Positions 1 through 9,945 of a stretch of DNA of 64,000 nucleotides are shown in pieces. Every line of letters begins with the position of its first letter. Position 1 is the first letter of the stretch. The DNA comes from a virus. The position numbers were made by a program, and so were the translations under genes. Under the pieces are notes generated by a model, which saw nothing but the letters and a program-made list of their open reading frames with translations, did no database searches and had not been told where the DNA came from. The stretch covers positions 1 through 64,000 of IMG/VR virus record IMGVR_UViG_3300029305_006221; one strand, given 5' to 3'.

Positions 1-626
1 AACGAGATCAAGATAATTCTGCGCGTAATTAGTGTGCATAAGTGAGTCAAGGTATCTACAAAACTGCCATGTGATGCCAACGCCCGATAGTTGCTTATTT
101 GGATAGGCGCAAAGCTGATTGTTTATAACGATTGCGTTAGGGGAAACAATATCTGCTTCGTGGTGATCTAATACAATGATATCTACACCTTTATCAATAA
201 AGGCTAGATGATACTCATAGTCATTAGAACTCGCGTCTGGACACAAGATTAATGCGTAATTGGCGGCCGCCCATTCAACATCGACATCGCTAAGTCCGTG
301 TTGTTTACCGCTATGAATAAACCAGTCTAAGTTATTTTGAACCCAAGCTGGGAAGTGATCATACAGGTAATTGATTAAAAGCGCAGACGAGGTAAAACCA
401 TCGCAGTCTGAGTCTACGATAACTAGCGCCCGGGCGCCTTGAGAAATCGTTTTTATTAAGGTTTGAGCTGCCTTGCGCAATCGATCGGTGCCCAATAGAT
501 TAAAGTCATTTATATCCGCATCTGTTGTATTCAGCCAGTGATGGATATCATAGTAGGGAATACCTCTATTGGTAAGCACCTACTCTACTGCTGAATAATG
601 CGGATTTATTTTTCCTAAAAGTTTAT
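1..626 (-). CDS. DHH-family phosphoesterase (RecJ/NrnA-like), partial: the 3' end runs off the window start. One in-frame TAG near 570-572.
   Basis: Minus-strand translation gives ...LVIVDSDCDGFTSSALL... and ...IIVLDHHEADIV... (DHH motifs). AGGAGG RBS before a TTG/GTG start. Frame stays open through a TAG. Confidence 0.5.
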
Positions 627-629
627 AAT

Positions 630-956
630 TCAAAAGTAATGCACCCTCCTATCTATTGGTATTTTTGCTTCAGGCGAATCCCAATGATACACCATAGCAT
701 GAGGCAGAATTTTTTCTTCTATAATTTCTTGCGGTATTTTTTTATCTATAAAGCAATAATCCCATCTATATCCTCTCGCTGCATTATAGGAGCTAAATAA
801 ATACCATATATCACCATTTTCAAATTCTACAAAAGTTTTATCTTGGTTAGTTACAAAACATGTATGTCTATGCCCTTCAAGAGCTGCGTCTCCTACAATT
901 TCTTTAAGAAGACGCATACCCTCATAACGATTAATACAATAAATAATTCCTTTCAT
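630..956 (-). CDS. hypothetical protein
   Basis: 108-aa ORF whose stop is 1 nt before the downstream gene. Confidence 0.45.
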   Translation of the reverse strand: MKGIIYCINRYEGMRLLKEIVGDAALEGHRHTCFVTNQDKTFVEFENGDIWYLFSSYNAARGYRWDYCFIDKKIPQEIIEEKILPHAMVYHWDSPEAKIPIDRRVHYF

Positions 957-2092
957 AATCTCACCCTTTCTTTAAATAATTTTATAAATGTTTCTCCATC
1001 ACGGTCAACGGGCGCATCTTTATATCCTAACATATCTCCCTTTTTATCAAAGATAAAAGAGATATTTACTAATTTACTATATTTATTATGCAGCGCCGTT
1101 AGTTTCTTCGTCCACTGCTTAAACTCTGCATCATTAGGTTTCTGAAACTGTTTATCAAAAGCAATCACTATCTCTCTTGCTCCATATTGGCGCAAAAGGT
1201 CAACCTGATGCTGAATTAAGTTACTGCCACAAGTTGCAACAGAGATGTCGTTGTCGGCGCCAAACATTGATGCGTATTTTAAACAGCTTTTTTCACCCTC
1301 AAACACGATGGCAATACCCATCTGTTTAATATGCTCTTTGCTATTGTTTAAGTTATATAAAGCGAAGCCTAGTGGATGATTATATTGAATACCATTAAGA
1401 ATCGCAGGTCGATACTTTCCGTATGCTTCTTCTTCTTTGATAAGAGTGCGCTCACGGATACCTATTAGCGCCCCATTTTCATCGTAATGAGGTATCACAA
1501 TGCCTTGATTTACGGGGTCGTAACAGATACCGCGAGAATCCATTATCTCTTGAGTTATTCCTTCATTAAGCCACGGGATAATGCGCGGGCGTGGCAAGTG
1601 TTGAAGGATATTTTCATCAAATTCTTTGAACTCAATTATTTTTTTATCATTACTGATGGAACTATTTTGTTGATAATTCTTTAAAATATCCCAATCATGA
1701 AGTTTTTGTTGTGAGTCTCCAAAATTTTCGTCTTCAGAAGAAGCTATACCGAAATAGCGGGCAACATACCCCACAGCGCGTGATAGTGGCCACTCTTCGC
1801 CGCGCTGAATCTTCATTGCGCGCCGCGTTAAGTCATATATGTCAAATGCATCTCCTGCGCATTCTGTATAACACTTCCACAAGCGACTGTTATGATAATA
1901 GTATAGCTTGTGCGATCCTGTGCAGGCTGGATTATGACAAATAGTTTGAGATACTATTACTTCAGCTCCAGATGGATCAAGTTTTGGATTGCCCCCCAAT
2001 TCGGCAACATAATCGAATACTTGTTGGAAGGTGAGTTGTTGTTTAATTGCATCACTGTCATACCTCATTCTTTTTTCTCCCAGCAAGTCCAA
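953..2092 (-). CDS. DnaG-like DNA primase (CHC2 zinc finger plus TOPRIM)
   Basis: CHNPACTGSHKLYYYHNSRLWKCYTEC zinc-binding motif. TOPRIM-like VFEGEKSCLKYA and DxD-type acidic residues. 379 aa. Confidence 0.7.
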   Translation of the reverse strand: MDLLGEKRMRYDSDAIKQQLTFQQVFDYVAELGGNPKLDPSGAEVIVSQTICHNPACTGSHKLYYYHNSRLWKCYTECAGDAFDIYDLTRRAMKIQRGEEWPLSRAVGYVARYFGIASSEDENFGDSQQKLHDWDILKNYQQNSSISNDKKIIEFKEFDENILQHLPRPRIIPWLNEGITQEIMDSRGICYDPVNQGIVIPHYDENGALIGIRERTLIKEEEAYGKYRPAILNGIQYNHPLGFALYNLNNSKEHIKQMGIAIVFEGEKSCLKYASMFGADNDISVATCGSNLIQHQVDLLRQYGAREIVIAFDKQFQKPNDAEFKQWTKKLTALHNKYSKLVNISFIFDKKGDMLGYKDAPVDRDGETFIKLFKERVRL

Positions 2093-2643
2093 ATACCATT
2101 AGATGCAACATTTTTACGACTACAAAGATGTCCGTGAGTATCATATTTACATTGACTACAAATTGCTTTTGTAAGAAAAGGTTCATAATCACTTATAACA
2201 GTTTTATTCTTATTAGGCTTGTTAAGCTCAGCTACTTTCATTGTGCAGGGGATAAAGTCTTGTTCTAATGTCTGCTGTATTTTTTCTAAATCTTCTTTTA
2301 AAAATGAAGCATCACAAGCATCATCGTAAATATTACAGTTTGCTCGTTGACCTCTTGTATAATTTGTTGAATGATAATAGTCACAAGGCATATCTTTATA
2401 AAATTCTTTAAGAGGTTCAGGATGATTGAATAAACATATTGGACCTACCATGGGATCACTATCATCAAAATGAATACAATCATCTTGACAGGTTTTTTGC
2501 CCTCTAATAGGCTCAGTCTCAACATAACAGTCGCACTTCCCGTCTTCGCCAATGTTAATCACATAGTTATCACATACCCCATTGTGATTAAATAGGCAAT
2601 TAGGATACGCCTTACATTTCACTATTGTGTTCTTTTGATCCAT
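2065..2643 (-). CDS. cysteine-rich hypothetical protein
   Basis: 192-aa ORF with many CxxC pairs. ATGA overlap with the upstream gene. Confidence 0.4.
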   Translation of the reverse strand: MDQKNTIVKCKAYPNCLFNHNGVCDNYVINIGEDGKCDCYVETEPIRGQKTCQDDCIHFDDSDPMVGPICLFNHPEPLKEFYKDMPCDYYHSTNYTRGQRANCNIYDDACDASFLKEDLEKIQQTLEQDFIPCTMKVAELNKPNKNKTVISDYEPFLTKAICSQCKYDTHGHLCSRKNVASNGIWTCWEKKE

Positions 2644-2834
2644 TAGAACCCCTCCTGAAAACCTGACCAGTCTGTTGCATCTATTTCTTCTCTGATAATC
2701 ATTCTTAAAATATCCTCTCGTAGTTGATCACAGTCGCCAAAATATGGACAAGAGTTACAATTACGTATTTCTCGAAGGCAGCACTTTACTCCTTCTTTTA
2801 CTTTATTACGATGTTGCTCGGAACAATCATTCAT
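2643..2834 (-). CDS. small cysteine-rich hypothetical protein
   Basis: 63-aa ORF, translationally coupled. Confidence 0.3.
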   Translation of the reverse strand: MNDCSEQHRNKVKEGVKCCLREIRNCNSCPYFGDCDQLREDILRMIIREEIDATDWSGFQEGF

Positions 2835-2837
2835 TTT

Positions 2838-3056
2838 TTACTTTTCCTCCTTTATATCTATTAAAGTATTAATGGGAATACCGTTACAAAACACCTGCTT
2901 TAAAGGCACTTCAATTAATTCAAAATGAGTATTTTGATGTAAAGAAAGAAATTCATTAAGCCAAGATTGCGCTACCAAATCGGCTGAGTTAGTAACGAAA
3001 ATACCTAATTGAACACCTAAATATTTTACTTTATAAAATTTAGTTGTATTTTCCAT
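2838..3056 (-). CDS. hypothetical protein
   Basis: 72-aa ORF in the operon between helicase and primase. Confidence 0.3.
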   Translation of the reverse strand: MENTTKFYKVKYLGVQLGIFVTNSADLVAQSWLNEFLSLHQNTHFELIEVPLKQVFCNGIPINTLIDIKEEK

Positions 3057-3065
3057 TTTTCCTCC

Positions 3066-4610
3066 TTAAAACGCTGATAAATCAACGCTCTTCTTTACAT
3101 TTATTTTAAAATCCTCAATATCGACAAGTCCATAATCATATTTAGTGACAAAAACAGGATCTATTCTACAAATTCCTCTATTTGCTTTACACCAAACTAA
3201 AACACCTTTCCAGCGCGAACTTCTATTTTTATAAATTGACATCTTTATATCTGGCATTTCAAAGCCACCTCTTTTACAAATATCTTGCAGTGCTTCTTTA
3301 TCTTTCTCTGTGATTTCCAACATTAGCGCCCCATAGTCAATTTTATCGGCAATTGCCTTGGCACCTCTTAAAAGGTTTTGATCATAAACTTCAGCGTCTC
3401 GATAATCTCCGTTCAACTGGGTTGCACTCATAATAAAAATGCCATATTCGTTACATAGATCCTTGAGTTTAACCGAAAGCATAAAGAGAACATTATCTTC
3501 TCTTAATTTAACTCCTCCACTTCTGCGAGTTATTTCCTCTAAAATACGGAGTGAGGTATGGATATAATCCTGAAAGACATAGCATACTTCATGCTCTCTA
3601 ATGCCCTTTTTAATAACATTCTCTATGTCTTGAAGAGAAAAATCTGGTAGAGATTCGAAGTATATTTTACCATTTTTCAAGAGCTGAGCTGCATGCATAA
3701 CTCTTTCCCATTCGCCTTCATAGTAATCACCTGTTGCAATTCTATCTGAATCGACCGCCGCTAAAAAAGCAATCATCATTTGTTGCACTTCATCAAGACT
3801 TTGCTCTGTTGCAATATAAAGAGTAGGCTGTGGCATTCCAGTGTTTATCCAAGTATTCGTTTCTAAATCGTACATAGATCCACATCCAATATAGCAGGCG
3901 TCTGCAATCATTGAACGGGTTTTACCAACGCCAGTCGCCGCAGAACGAAGATAGAACTTTTTAAGTCTCGCACCTCTTGTAATCGTGTTAATATATTTAC
4001 CATAAAGTGGGTATCCTAATTCTGGCTTTTGTTTAAGCTGTTCTAGCATTAGTTCAACTCCATCTCCCGCCTGAACAATATCTGCTTCACAGTTGTCAAC
4101 ATAAACCGATTTAACATCATCTATCTTTTTATCAATTAAATCTGCGATTTCTACAAGAGGCGTATTATCTAACCAGTCCTCTTGCGCTTGTTTCTTCTTT
4201 GCATCGAAAATATTATCCATATCATAGAGCCACGATAAATCCATTCCACAGCGCTCATTATACATACGCAAGAGAGTCATCTTTTTGACTCTATCATAGT
4301 AATATTGAAATGCGCTTAACTGTGTAGCCTCTTTAAGTTGCTCAAGATACTCTGCACCTTTATTTGCTTTATATATCGCTTGGCGCTTAGGGCGCTGTGC
4401 AAGATAGTCTTCTATTGCATTGAGTGTTATCTCTTTTGCGCCGAGCGCGTGAAGATTATATATAGTTCCAAAAAGAGTTACGTGAAAGTCCTCACAAAAA
4501 TCCTCTTCGTGGAAGTGATAATTTTCGTTATCTAAAAGTGAAGGTTGGATATAGATAGCGCCGATTACTTGCATTATTGCGGCAGTATCTACATATTTAC
4601 TTTTGCTCAT
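3066..4610 (-). CDS. DnaB-family replicative DNA helicase
   Basis: N-terminal DnaB-like domain. Walker A SAATGVGKTRS. RecA-like C-terminal fold motifs. 514 aa. Confidence 0.8.
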   Translation of the reverse strand: MSKSKYVDTAAIMQVIGAIYIQPSLLDNENYHFHEEDFCEDFHVTLFGTIYNLHALGAKEITLNAIEDYLAQRPKRQAIYKANKGAEYLEQLKEATQLSAFQYYYDRVKKMTLLRMYNERCGMDLSWLYDMDNIFDAKKKQAQEDWLDNTPLVEIADLIDKKIDDVKSVYVDNCEADIVQAGDGVELMLEQLKQKPELGYPLYGKYINTITRGARLKKFYLRSAATGVGKTRSMIADACYIGCGSMYDLETNTWINTGMPQPTLYIATEQSLDEVQQMMIAFLAAVDSDRIATGDYYEGEWERVMHAAQLLKNGKIYFESLPDFSLQDIENVIKKGIREHEVCYVFQDYIHTSLRILEEITRRSGGVKLREDNVLFMLSVKLKDLCNEYGIFIMSATQLNGDYRDAEVYDQNLLRGAKAIADKIDYGALMLEITEKDKEALQDICKRGGFEMPDIKMSIYKNRSSRWKGVLVWCKANRGICRIDPVFVTKYDYGLVDIEDFKINVKKSVDLSAF

Positions 4611-5143
4611 TCCTCTTCCTCCAAATCATCTAAGTTAAATAGGCGCGGCGGCTTTACGATTCTCACAGGTGGTTCAATAGAGAACTCTCTAACTTTAACT
4701 TGAAAATGCTCTACATCTTTGTCTTCATTAGCGACCGCCGCCAGATATAAAGCATAGTAATATTTAAGAGCATCGTTATAGATATATGGAATAATTCCAA
4801 TTCCGCCATTGGCTTTTTCAACATCTGCGTGTCTAATATCATACCAATATACTAAACTCTTATACATTCCACTATAAGTATATGGTTTTCCTTGAAAATC
4901 AAGGAGTGTCTTATATTCTTTTAATTGCTTCCATACACGAGGATTTAAATCATTACCTAAAAGTTTTTTTATATAATCAATTAAAATTTCATAATCTCGC
5001 TCTTCTTGCGAAAGTGAACCCATATGTGCATCGTAACATTTTTTATGTGCATATCTGTTGCCTTTTGGCTTTTCAAATGGTTCACTATTTCGGTCAAAAA
5101 GCTGTTGACAATAGAAACACTTAACCATTGCTTTTGTTGCCAT
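4607..5143 (-). CDS. hypothetical zinc-finger protein
   Basis: 178-aa ORF with a CxxC...HxxC N-terminus. Promoter at 5179-5207 lies just upstream. Confidence 0.4.
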   Translation of the reverse strand: MATKAMVKCFYCQQLFDRNSEPFEKPKGNRYAHKKCYDAHMGSLSQEERDYEILIDYIKKLLGNDLNPRVWKQLKEYKTLLDFQGKPYTYSGMYKSLVYWYDIRHADVEKANGGIGIIPYIYNDALKYYYALYLAAVANEDKDVEHFQVKVREFSIEPPVRIVKPPRLFNLDDLEEEE

Positions 5144-5178
5144 TTATTTTTTACCTCTTTTTATACTTTTATATGTAT

Positions 5179-5207
5179 ATTATAACATAAATTAAATAAA
5201 AAGTCAA
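5179..5207 (-). promoter_or_regulatory. sigma70-type promoter, class A (TTGACT-N17-TGTTATAAT)
   Basis: Exact -35, 17-nt spacer and extended -10 read on the minus strand. Confidence 0.6.
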
Positions 5208-5238
5208 TAGAAGATATTATCCTCTATTGACTTAATCA

Positions 5239-7406
5239 TTATTGAGCTGTATTTATTAAATCTCTAATTGCTGTTACAATCAAATCCAAAGCTTCTATCT
5301 GCTCACGAGAACATTGACTTACGCGCATTCCTTTGCCTAAATAGCTTTCGATTATCTGAGTAATACGAGGCTGCCAATAGGTTTTAAATGTTTCTTCATC
5401 ACTTTGAACTGAAAGATCTTGAATCATTGAATTAAACTGCATCATAAGTTCGTCGAAATCAAGTTCTTTAGATGCGGTATAAAGGTTTGCATCGTTTGTA
5501 GTAAAATGTTCTGAACCTTCTTCTGCAGCCTGCCTATCAATTGCATCACAGATAGCATTTACCAGATTTTGATAAGTGAAATCAATAACATCTGGGGTAT
5601 ATTTGAAACGGCTACCTGCTACATATCGAGGAGTTCCACGCATAAACAATTTAGTAGCGGTTCCTCCTTCAGGCAGATCTACTGTACGAGAATACCCAAT
5701 AATATCTGCCATCCTATTAACGATGTTACGAGGTTTGTTATCGAGAGTAGGGACGATCTGATTGTACTCGTTGCCATTCTGATCCTTAAAAGTCTTATCA
5801 ACTGAATGTGAGATAAGAACTAAACCGTAATTCATTTGAAGAATTGAGCGTAGGCAATCGTCAAATTCTTTAGCCGCCATCTTATAGCCCTTCCCGTAAG
5901 GGATGTCTCCTATTGCATCTACTCCAAAACCGCCATCGGCACGAGGTGCATTTGCGCAAATATATTTTTCACAATAGTCATAAGCTATATCAGCTGTATC
6001 AATAATAATAGTAGAAAAACGCTTTTGGACCTTAGGATCTTTTAATTGGCGAAGAACTTTTCGAAATTCACCCCAGCTATTAACTGGTTGTGCCATAGCT
6101 CCGGGGATTGCATTCCAACCTTTTTCAAAGCCAAGCAATAAGTGATTAGGAAATTTGGTGGCGATTGTAGTTTTACCCTTTTGTTTTTATCTATAGATTT
6201 TTTATTCTATACTCTGGAAATTTCTTTCATTTCTTAATACCGCCTTATATTAAGTCATCGAATGGTTTATTCCATTCCAGTTTAGCATAACTTCTCTTCT
6301 TAAGTCTATCAGAAGTCGTAGACTCGTGGTTTTATTATATTCTATTATTTTGTTCTTTCCACGCTAGATACTTTATATATTTTCTTTGTAAATAAAAACA
6401 TTTTTGTTGGTTCATAAGCTCGTAAAGAGTATTTAAAATCAGTTCAGCTTGTTGAGTTGAATACGTAATGGTATAATAATGTTGTTTCTTAGGCTCTTTA
6501 TAAACTTCACGAGGAATATGAAATACAGTATCAATTAACTGTGTAAAATCTTGAAGAATGTTAGGATCATAAGAACAAATTTCAATACGGCAATATTTAC
6601 CATCATTTTTAAAACATCCATCTCCATCAAAATAGCCTAAGAAAAAAGCTAATTGATATTGTTGTTCAAAAGCAGGGAGTCTCATTCCCTTGTAAGTTTT
6701 ATTGGGAACTATTGAGAATTGTGCTAATTTTTTCTTGTGATTTTCGCTACTCCAAGCCAAAGTTGATACTTGAAAACCTTGATTAGTTTCTTTATCGACG
6801 ATATTTCTTTCAATATCCAGTTCTTTTTGAATTTTTTCCAAAATTTCTCTATCTACTGAACTTAGCCCTAATTTAATAGAATTTCTATCTGGAGTAATAC
6901 TACCATCAGCTGCTAAGAATCCTAGCAACCAAGCCTTTTGTAAAGAATCTATATTATCAAAATAAGAGTGGTTTACTTTTTTCCCTCGTTCTTGATTAGT
7001 AATTCTATTTTGCTCTGCATGGGTTCTAGTTTTAATACCTTGCGCCTATAACATATTTTTTATTTTCTCTGGATAGGTTCCATATTTATTCGCAAGAAAA
7101 GTAAGCGATTTTCCTTCGCTATATAATTGTATCATTTCAGTGATGTCCATATACGGTACATGCTCCTTTCAAAATAATAGGTTCAAAAACTATGCGTTGC
7201 ACGTGGGGTGGCTATTACACCACCCCTTCCGTTCGGGTTATCTCTATAAGACCTTCCCGTTTTTTCTACGATGTTTGCCCTTTAATTTCTTAAAGGGAGA
7301 GCAGTAAAAGTTTACTCTTCGGTTCCCCATAAAAGAATACTGAATATCCTCTAAGGGTGCGACTAACCTAGTGGGGGGCTAGTTCAAGTAAATTAATATC
7401 TGCCAT
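5239..7406 (-). CDS. AAA_24/Sak4-like P-loop ATPase, split by a group I intron. Exon 1 is 7406..7314 (contains one in-frame TAG). Exon 2 is 6177..5239.
   Basis: Exon 1 reads MADINLLELAPH*VSRTLRGYSVFFYGEPKS and exon 2 reads GKTTIATKF.... Joining them restores a perfect Walker A (GEPKSGKTT). IIIDTADIAY and LVLISHS motifs lie downstream. Confidence 0.6.
6178..7313 (-). mobile_element. group I intron (about 1136 nt) inside the Walker-A codons of the AAA_24 ATPase gene; carries a LAGLIDADG homing endonuclease ORF
   Basis: Exon 1 ends in U (..AAGAGU) and the intron ends in G before GGUAAAACU. The exons join in frame. The region is structured and GC-richer than its surroundings. Confidence 0.55.
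6335..7150 (-). CDS. LAGLIDADG homing endonuclease with N-terminal HTH; one in-frame TAG at 7046-7048
   Basis: Two LAGLIDADG motifs (LGFLAADGSI and FLGYFDGDGCF). An N-terminal HTH (MDITEMIQLYSEGKSLTFLANKYG) continues in frame through a TAG. Confidence 0.65.
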
Positions 7407-7422
7407 TTAGATCGCCCTCCTA

Positions 7423-8388
7423 TCAGAAATTAAAGCCACCAGCTTTTGCTTGAGGAGCGGCGGGCGCTGCTACAGGATTATTCTTCTGTGCCTTATACTC
7501 TTCGCTTCTCTTCTTTTCCTCAGCAAGCTTAACCTGTCTATCCTGCATAGCCTTAGTAAGCTCTTCGCCCGTAAGGATGCCTTCTTCACCAAAATCATAA
7601 GGATTCTGTGACGCACGAGTTACAAGCCACTCCTTAGTCTTACGCTCAAAGGTTCTGACAGAGTCACCACCAAATGCAGTCTCTTCCTTAACCTCAGTTT
7701 TTACAGTGTTGCAATTAATAACACCTTCAACCCAAGTGTAAACAGGTTCACTGCCAGAGGCGCCAAGTCCTTCAAAATAGTTCATACCATTAGGATTCTT
7801 AACTGTGAAAGTAAGAGGAAGAAGCTCTTTGCGGAAATTAAATACCGCACCACGAATAGCAACATGCTCGTCAACATTCTTCTCTTCATCTGCTTCTACA
7901 TGAGTTACATTTGTGATAACCATATCACAACGGAAATAAGTTCTTTCTGCCTCGTTTTCAGGAAGAGTATTTACTATTGTTGCAAAACCACCTTCATGCA
8001 TTACCTGAGATACGAGTTTATCTTCGCCATTCTCATTGATATAGAAATCATTAAGTGCAAAAGAAGGCTCAAGCTTAACCATAGGCGCAGCATCCTTGCC
8101 ATCCTTTACCCAGGTCTTGCCACCATCGATAAGTGCCTTAAGAGCAGTAAAGGTATTATTGGTTCCGCCAGCTTTAGTAGTAGGACTTACAAAAGTATAG
8201 TGAACAGGAATTACATTAAGACCTGCCTCATCTACTGCTACCTGGATGGTTCCTGCAATAAACTCCTTACCGAAGTTCTCAGACTTCTCATTCTTTACAG
8301 TCTTAATCTCAAGCATATTTCTTCCATTTGCTTCTCCAAAACTGTAAACTCTTCCTTGAATTGTAATTGAATTCTTTGTGTACTTCAT
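7423..8388 (-). CDS. hypothetical protein (possible ssDNA-binding partner of the adjacent ATPase)
   Basis: 321-aa ORF. Promoter at 8452-8480. Sits immediately upstream of the Sak4-like ATPase. No diagnostic motif found. Confidence 0.4.
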   Translation of the reverse strand: MKYTKNSITIQGRVYSFGEANGRNMLEIKTVKNEKSENFGKEFIAGTIQVAVDEAGLNVIPVHYTFVSPTTKAGGTNNTFTALKALIDGGKTWVKDGKDAAPMVKLEPSFALNDFYINENGEDKLVSQVMHEGGFATIVNTLPENEAERTYFRCDMVITNVTHVEADEEKNVDEHVAIRGAVFNFRKELLPLTFTVKNPNGMNYFEGLGASGSEPVYTWVEGVINCNTVKTEVKEETAFGGDSVRTFERKTKEWLVTRASQNPYDFGEEGILTGEELTKAMQDRQVKLAEEKKRSEEYKAQKNNPVAAPAAPQAKAGGFNF

Positions 8389-8451
8389 TTCTTTCTCCTT
8401 TTTTAATTTAATTATTTTACTTATTTAATATTTTTGTCCAATATCTTTATT

Positions 8452-8480
8452 ATTATAACAAAAATTTTTTACTTTGTCAA
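8452..8480 (-). promoter_or_regulatory. sigma70-type promoter, class A (TTGACA-N17-TGTTATAAT)
   Basis: Motif read directly. Upstream of 7423..8388. Confidence 0.6.
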
Positions 8481-8638
8481 GTTGTTTAGATTAATATCGC
8501 CAGCAATATAAAGCTGAACAAGTTTATATAAAACTTCATCAGCAGGACGAACGCTTCCATCTGAATTGTAAATGGTAATTCCGTGTTTTTTAAGCATGCC
8601 TAAAGCATAATTGAAAGTCATTTGCTCTGCCCAGGTCA

Positions 8639-9022
8639 TTATTCTTCATCCTTGGTTTTCTTTTCAGGTATTACTACTGTTACGCTCATACCAAGTTCGG
8701 TAAGTGAATAACAAGTAGGGGTTCCTTCTGTCTTGCTTACATAACCGTCGGTAATAAGTTTTCTCATGGCGCCAGACACAGTGCGCGAAGAACAGAAGAG
8801 TCCATCTCCTATTTCTTTTGCCTTGAGGATATTATTATAAGATACATAATTCTCCTGCATCCAGATAAGAACCTTTGCGCCGTTTTCTGTGAAAGGAGCC
8901 TTCTCCTTTTCTGGAATTGCCTTAAGTTGCTCAAAGTAGGCGCGGGCGTCCGCTGAAAGGATAGTACAGCTCTTGCAAATCATATCCTCAACTTCCTTAA
9001 TAAATACTTCTTTGTTTGTCAT
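8639..9022 (-). CDS. winged-helix DNA-binding protein (MarR/TrmB-like)
   Basis: SSRTVSGAMRKLITDGYVSK recognition-helix-like segment. 127 aa. Confidence 0.45.
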   Translation of the reverse strand: MTNKEVFIKEVEDMICKSCTILSADARAYFEQLKAIPEKEKAPFTENGAKVLIWMQENYVSYNNILKAKEIGDGLFCSSRTVSGAMRKLITDGYVSKTEGTPTCYSLTELGMSVTVVIPEKKTKDEE

Positions 9023-9111
9023 TTAATTAATTTATCTCCATTTCTATTTATTTCATTTATTTTATATAAATATTATAATTAAAATTGTATAAAAAGTCAA
9101 TAAATTAACTA

Positions 9112-9687
9112 TTAACCAGTTATTAATTCACTCATTGGGAGTGTTTCAATCCACTGGCAAAAAGCGCGCCATTCAGGCAATCTATGTGTTTTACGTTGTG
9201 CATAAATAGTTTTAAGTTGACGATAGTTGGTTGTCATACCAGCTGTAAGTTTCATCCCGCAAGGATTTGAATAAAGAACATCAAGATATCTAATAGCTTT
9301 AATTTTTTCATCCTCGCATTCATTGTAAGCAGCTACTTTTTCTTTCATAATTTTAATAATACGAGGATCCACATGCCCATTATAAGCATTATCCAAATCC
9401 ATTTTTGTAATACGATGCATTGTTGATTGACTGGATACAAAATCAAAAAAATGATATCTTTCTGCTTCGGTCCAAGCTTTAATAGTAAAGGTTAAATCAA
9501 ACTGAACTATAATACCAGTTAAAAATTGATCATGCCCAGAACCAATATCGCTTTTTGCCAAGTTCTTAATACCTTGTGTTAGATTAGAATCGAGTGACCA
9601 AGGATCAACAGACATTGGATATTTTGCGCGCTTAATTGATTCTTCAAGTCCATAAACTTTAACATTATTTACTACATTCATTCCCAC
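9112..9687 (-). CDS. hypothetical protein, weak ThyX-like (FAD-dependent thymidylate synthase family) resemblance
   Basis: C-terminal N.R.L...Y..R..H...EW..F..WI pattern resembles the ThyX C-terminus. The RHR motif is not canonical. Confidence 0.3.
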   Translation of the reverse strand: MGMNVVNNVKVYGLEESIKRAKYPMSVDPWSLDSNLTQGIKNLAKSDIGSGHDQFLTGIIVQFDLTFTIKAWTEAERYHFFDFVSSQSTMHRITKMDLDNAYNGHVDPRIIKIMKEKVAAYNECEDEKIKAIRYLDVLYSNPCGMKLTAGMTTNYRQLKTIYAQRKTHRLPEWRAFCQWIETLPMSELITG

Positions 9688-9945
9688 TCATCCTCCATAT
9701 TTTCTTCTTTTATTTCTTTTTTAAGTTTCTTTAAATAACGAATTGCAACATCAATAGAGTCAAAATAACCTTCATGTTCAAATTCGCCACTCTCCTCCCA
9801 TTCAAGAGAGATTTCAATTCTTGTTACTTTCATTGTTTATCCTCACTAATATTTCAGCGACAAAGCTAAAACACTCATTCCATGACCAAAATTCTTTTTC
9901 TTCAATATCACCAATTTCATCTGTCCATTCTAGTTTAATATACAT

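Noticed and set aside
7423-8388. 321-aa protein considered as a major capsid or SSB protein
   Set aside because: No diagnostic motif and no acidic SSB tail. Only gene context (next to a Sak4-like ATPase) suggests a recombination or SSB role. Left as hypothetical.
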